In this document: positions 59,081-64,000 of the stretch, piece by piece | How the letters are laid out: each line of letters begins with the position of its first letter | How positions within the stretch are numbered: the first letter of the stretch is position 1 | DNA from: the human T2T-CHM13v2.0 reference genome, Homo sapiens | Reading direction: 5' to 3' (one strand) | NCBI RefSeq assembly: GCF_009914755.1 | Contig: NC_060925.1 | Length of the DNA: 64,000 nt | Notes under the pieces: generated by a model | Database searches by the model: none | Told to the model about the DNA's origin: nothing | Seen by the model: the letters and a program-made list of their open reading frames with translations, nothing else | Made by a program: the position numbers and the translations under genes

Positions 59081-59236
59081 CTATGGAGATTGGGAGGAGA
59101 GGGAGATGCTGGTGACTGGAGATGGTGAGAGCCTGGGCTGGGGTAGTTTTTAGTCATGGGCTTATGGACCCTCCCCTCTTCTCCAGCTAGCTCAGGCCTT
59201 TAAGAGGCAGGCCCAAGAAGGGAACCCCAGGAAGCC

Positions 59237-59800
<564 letters not shown>

Positions 59801-60109
59801 TCAACTGTTGTTACTGGTGGAACACAAAGGGTACCACTTGCAAAGCACTAGTATGTTCCTCACACATGCCTGACACATGCCATGCACCGTTCAGACTCAG
59901 CATGGTCAGTTTTTCCATATCACAGGGAGGTGACTGAGGCTTTGAGATGGACAGAGGTGGGATTCAAAGTTGGGTCTGCTTCAGTCCAAAGGGACGAGAT
60001 GTTGCCGGAAGTGACAGGAAGGCCTGAGTACTTGGCTTCAGAAGGTGTCCCTTCACTGAGCCTGGGCCGACATCCCCATCTCATTTCCCTCTCCCTCCTG
60101 GATTCTCAC

Positions 60110-60191
60110 CTCCTCCATGATTGTGGGCACCCAGGAGCCCAGGCTGCTGTGAGCTGGGTCTGGGACACTTGGCCAGAGGGGATTCTTCCTG
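60110..60191 (-). CDS. CSF3R: CSF3R Box1 exon ([13 protein letters not shown]...TIMEE)
   Basis: ctccag|CAG... GAG|gtgaga; 82 nt; Box1 motif WPSVPDP. Confidence 0.96.
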
Positions 60192-60436
60192 CTGGAGAAG
60201 GGGGCAGGTGGAGGCTGAGTCAGACACACCCTCCGATCTTTCCATTTTTTGTCCCACCCACCCCACCTGAAGAGGTGCAGCTGCCCTTAGTGCAGAGAGA
60301 AGAAGCTGGGGGCTGGGACTCTCAGACATGGGCCCCAAAGTTTGGGAAGGCTGGAAGGGACTTAGATGGGCCCACCTGGACCTGAGGTTCCCTGTGGGTG
60401 GGGGAAGCAGGATCTCAGGTCTCTCAAAGGGACTCA

Positions 60437-60607
<171 letters not shown>

Positions 60608-60701
60608 TCAAAGTCAGTCCCCAGCTACTCTCAAAATCAGCATCCTTTGGGTGGGGTACCCTCCAAACAGCCATCTCTGCCCAGCCCCCGTCTCCCCTTA
60701 C

Positions 60702-60842
60702 CTGGGGTCAAGGTCATCAGGGTGAGGACTGTACTGTTGGTGGCCCCAGCCTGGCTGGCAGCCATGAGGTGGATGTGATACAGACTGGCGGGCTCCAGGC
60801 CATGGAGGACAAAGCCACGGGAGGAGGCATTCAGGATGGCGG
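60702..60842 (-). CDS. CSF3R: CSF3R membrane-proximal exon ([10 protein letters not shown]...LMTLTP; contains T618)
   Basis: cccag| ... CCAG|gtaagg; 141 nt. Confidence 0.97.
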
Positions 60843-60954
60843 CTGGGAGGGGTGTACGGTCAGCATAGGCCTGGATGGTAAAGCTGCCTCCGTGGCAGCT
60901 GAGCACCCCCTTCCAGGCCTTCTGGGGCTGTGGGGGAACTGAGGATAGACTCAC

Positions 60955-61101
60955 AGAAGGACTGGTTCTGAGCGTTGGTCCAGAAGATGGTGTAGTGGGT
61001 AAGGGGGCTCTTCCCCAGCTCAGGGGGCTCAGGCACCCACTCCAGCTGTGCCCAGGTCTTGCCAATGTGCTTTAGATGCAGCTCTGGGGCATGGGAGGGA
61101 G
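60955..61101 (-). CDS. CSF3R: CSF3R exon ([10 protein letters not shown]...AQNQSF)
   Basis: ccatag| ... T|gtgagt; 147 nt. Confidence 0.96.
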
Positions 61102-61841
61102 CTATGGGAAGAGAGAGGTGCGGGGGCTGAAGGGAGTGGGGCAGAGCAAGAGCCCGGTTGGACTTCTTGTGGCTTCCCAGACACTGTGGGGTGGGTGAGA
61201 AAAGAGTCCAAGGGGACTCATGCCCAAGCCTCATTTTTCCCAGGGATTTAATCCAGATTCCATCTACTGCTAATAAGTGTCTGAGCCAGGATTTGAACCT
61301 GGCTCTGCTTGACTCTAAAGCCTCACTTTCTGATTTCTACCAGGCCTGATTTCATCTGATTTACTCTCTGATTTCTGCCACTCACTCTCCGAATTTATGC
61401 CAGGTCCTCTGTCCAATTTCTTTTTGTTTTTGAGACAGGGTCTCGCTCTGTCACCCAGGCTGGAGTGCAGTGGCGCCATCTTGGCTCACTACAGCCTCGA
61501 CCTCCTGGGCTCAAGCCCTCCGATCCTCCCACCTCAGCCTCTCAAGTAGCTGGGGTTACAGGCATGTGTCACTGCACCCAGCTAATTTTTGGTTTGTTTG
61601 TTTGTTTATTTATTTATTTATTTATTTTTCTGTAGAGACAAGGTTGCCTAGGCTGGTCTCAAACTCTTGAACTCAGGGGATCTGCCTGCCCTGGCCTCCC
61701 AGAGTGTTAGGATTACAGGTGTGAGCCACTGCACCCGGCCCCTCTGTCCAATTTCTGTTACATATAACACCTTATTTTTGTCTGGGAAATGGTTTGATTT
61801 TTGCCAGGTTTGCTCCTTGAATTGTGCCAACTCCCTACTCA

Positions 61842-62168
<327 letters not shown>

Positions 62169-62415
62169 TTAGGGCCTAACCTGTGCTAATGATCAGGAGC
62201 TAGCCTCAGACCTCTAGTGAGGGCTAACCTGGCCTCATGATTCAGGGTTAACCTTCACAATATCTTCTTTAGATCATTTGATGAGAATTAGGGAAGAAAA
62301 GTGGAAGAGAGAGCTAGAAGGGTGGCAGAGTCAGGGCTATAGAAAAAGGATCAGGTTAGACTGTAGGAAGAACTTCCTGATTATGAGGATATGAAATGAG
62401 AACAACGAAGGATCA

Positions 62416-62790
<375 letters not shown>

Positions 62791-63026
62791 TCAAATCCTG
62801 GCTTTGCTATTTACAGGCTGGGTGACCTTTGGTAGGTCAACATCTTAGCCTCAGTTTCCTCATCTGTAAAGTAGAAATGATGATAAAAGTTCCTAACTCA
62901 TAGGGTCTTAGTGCAGATTAAATGACTTGATGCACGAAACAAGCCTGGCATAGCGCCTGGCATGGAGTAGTTCTTGTTAGTGATAACAGCTAACACTCTA
63001 TTGTTCTTGGTATGTGTCAGGCGTAG

Positions 63027-63377
<351 letters not shown>

Positions 63378-63688
63378 TAATTCACTGAGTCCTCTAATAG
63401 TCATACCCAGGAAGTACTACTCTTTTCCCCATTTTACTAATGAGAAAACTGAGAGACACAGAGAGGTTAAGAAACTTGTCTAAGATCACACAGCTAGTAA
63501 GTGGGAATATTAGCTATGATTATTGTTATTGTGATTATTAGTCCCACCTTGCGAGGACCAATGTTTAGGGAAAGCAGTGGGTGGTGGCAGCTGATTTCCT
63601 GAGAATGAGCAATGAACTCATAGACCAGGTTCCAAGTGGAAAAGCCTGGGGCTTTCTCTCTTGGCTTTCTTGGCAGAATGGGCTGTGA

Positions 63689-63712
63689 GTGTGTGTGTGT
63701 GTGAGAGAGAGA
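63689..63712. repeat. (GT)7(GA)5 compound microsatellite
   Basis: Read directly. Confidence 0.9.
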
Positions 63713-64000
63713 GCTTAACCTGGTCTGGCTAATGATAATAACAACAGCAGACACATGCAGAGCAGTTACTTTGTGCCAGGCACTTGTCTTAACTCATGTA
63801 CACCCCATGGCACCGCTCAGTAGGTGCTGTTATCATCCCCATCTGCTGGATGTGTAAACAGAGGCCGGGGATGGGAGGTAACTTACTCAGGTCACACTGT
63901 TAGCAAGTGATAGGACTCGTTTTTTGTTTTTTTTTGTTTTTTTGAGATGGAGTCTCCCTCTGTTGCCCAGGCTAGAGTGTAATGGCGTGATCTCAGCTTG

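Overview
This is Alu-dense human/primate genomic DNA that I recognise as the chr1p34.3 locus. It holds three tandem minus-strand genes. (1) OSCP1 is complete: 10 constitutive exons from ATG 43223 to TAG 10999, whose lengths sum to 1140 nt (379 aa), plus a 30-nt cassette microexon and an L1-derived alternative terminal exon. (2) MRPS15 is complete: 8 exons from ATG 57155 to TAA 48645, 774 nt (257 aa). (3) CSF3R is present only as its last seven exons (fibronectin-III, TM and cytoplasmic tail), with the splice sites for its four classical isoforms visible. A retroposed SNORA63 (E3) H/ACA snoRNA copy with TSDs lies in sense orientation in the last OSCP1 intron. The rest is Alu, MIR, L2, L1M/L1PB, ERV1/MaLR LTRs and small tandem repeats. 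I found no convincing new multi-gene system. The best leads are RNA-level: a microexon with SRRM4 (UGC) and RBFOX signatures, an RFX X-box at the OSCP1 start, a strong-context MAAPM uORF and a stop/AATAAA overlap in MRPS15, the intronic snoRNA retrogene, and an unidentified decayed retrocopy near 2.7-3.75 kb. Gene, isoform and repeat-family names come from recognition, not from database searches. Repeat boundaries are approximate. Most ORF-track entries are Alu-derived noise.
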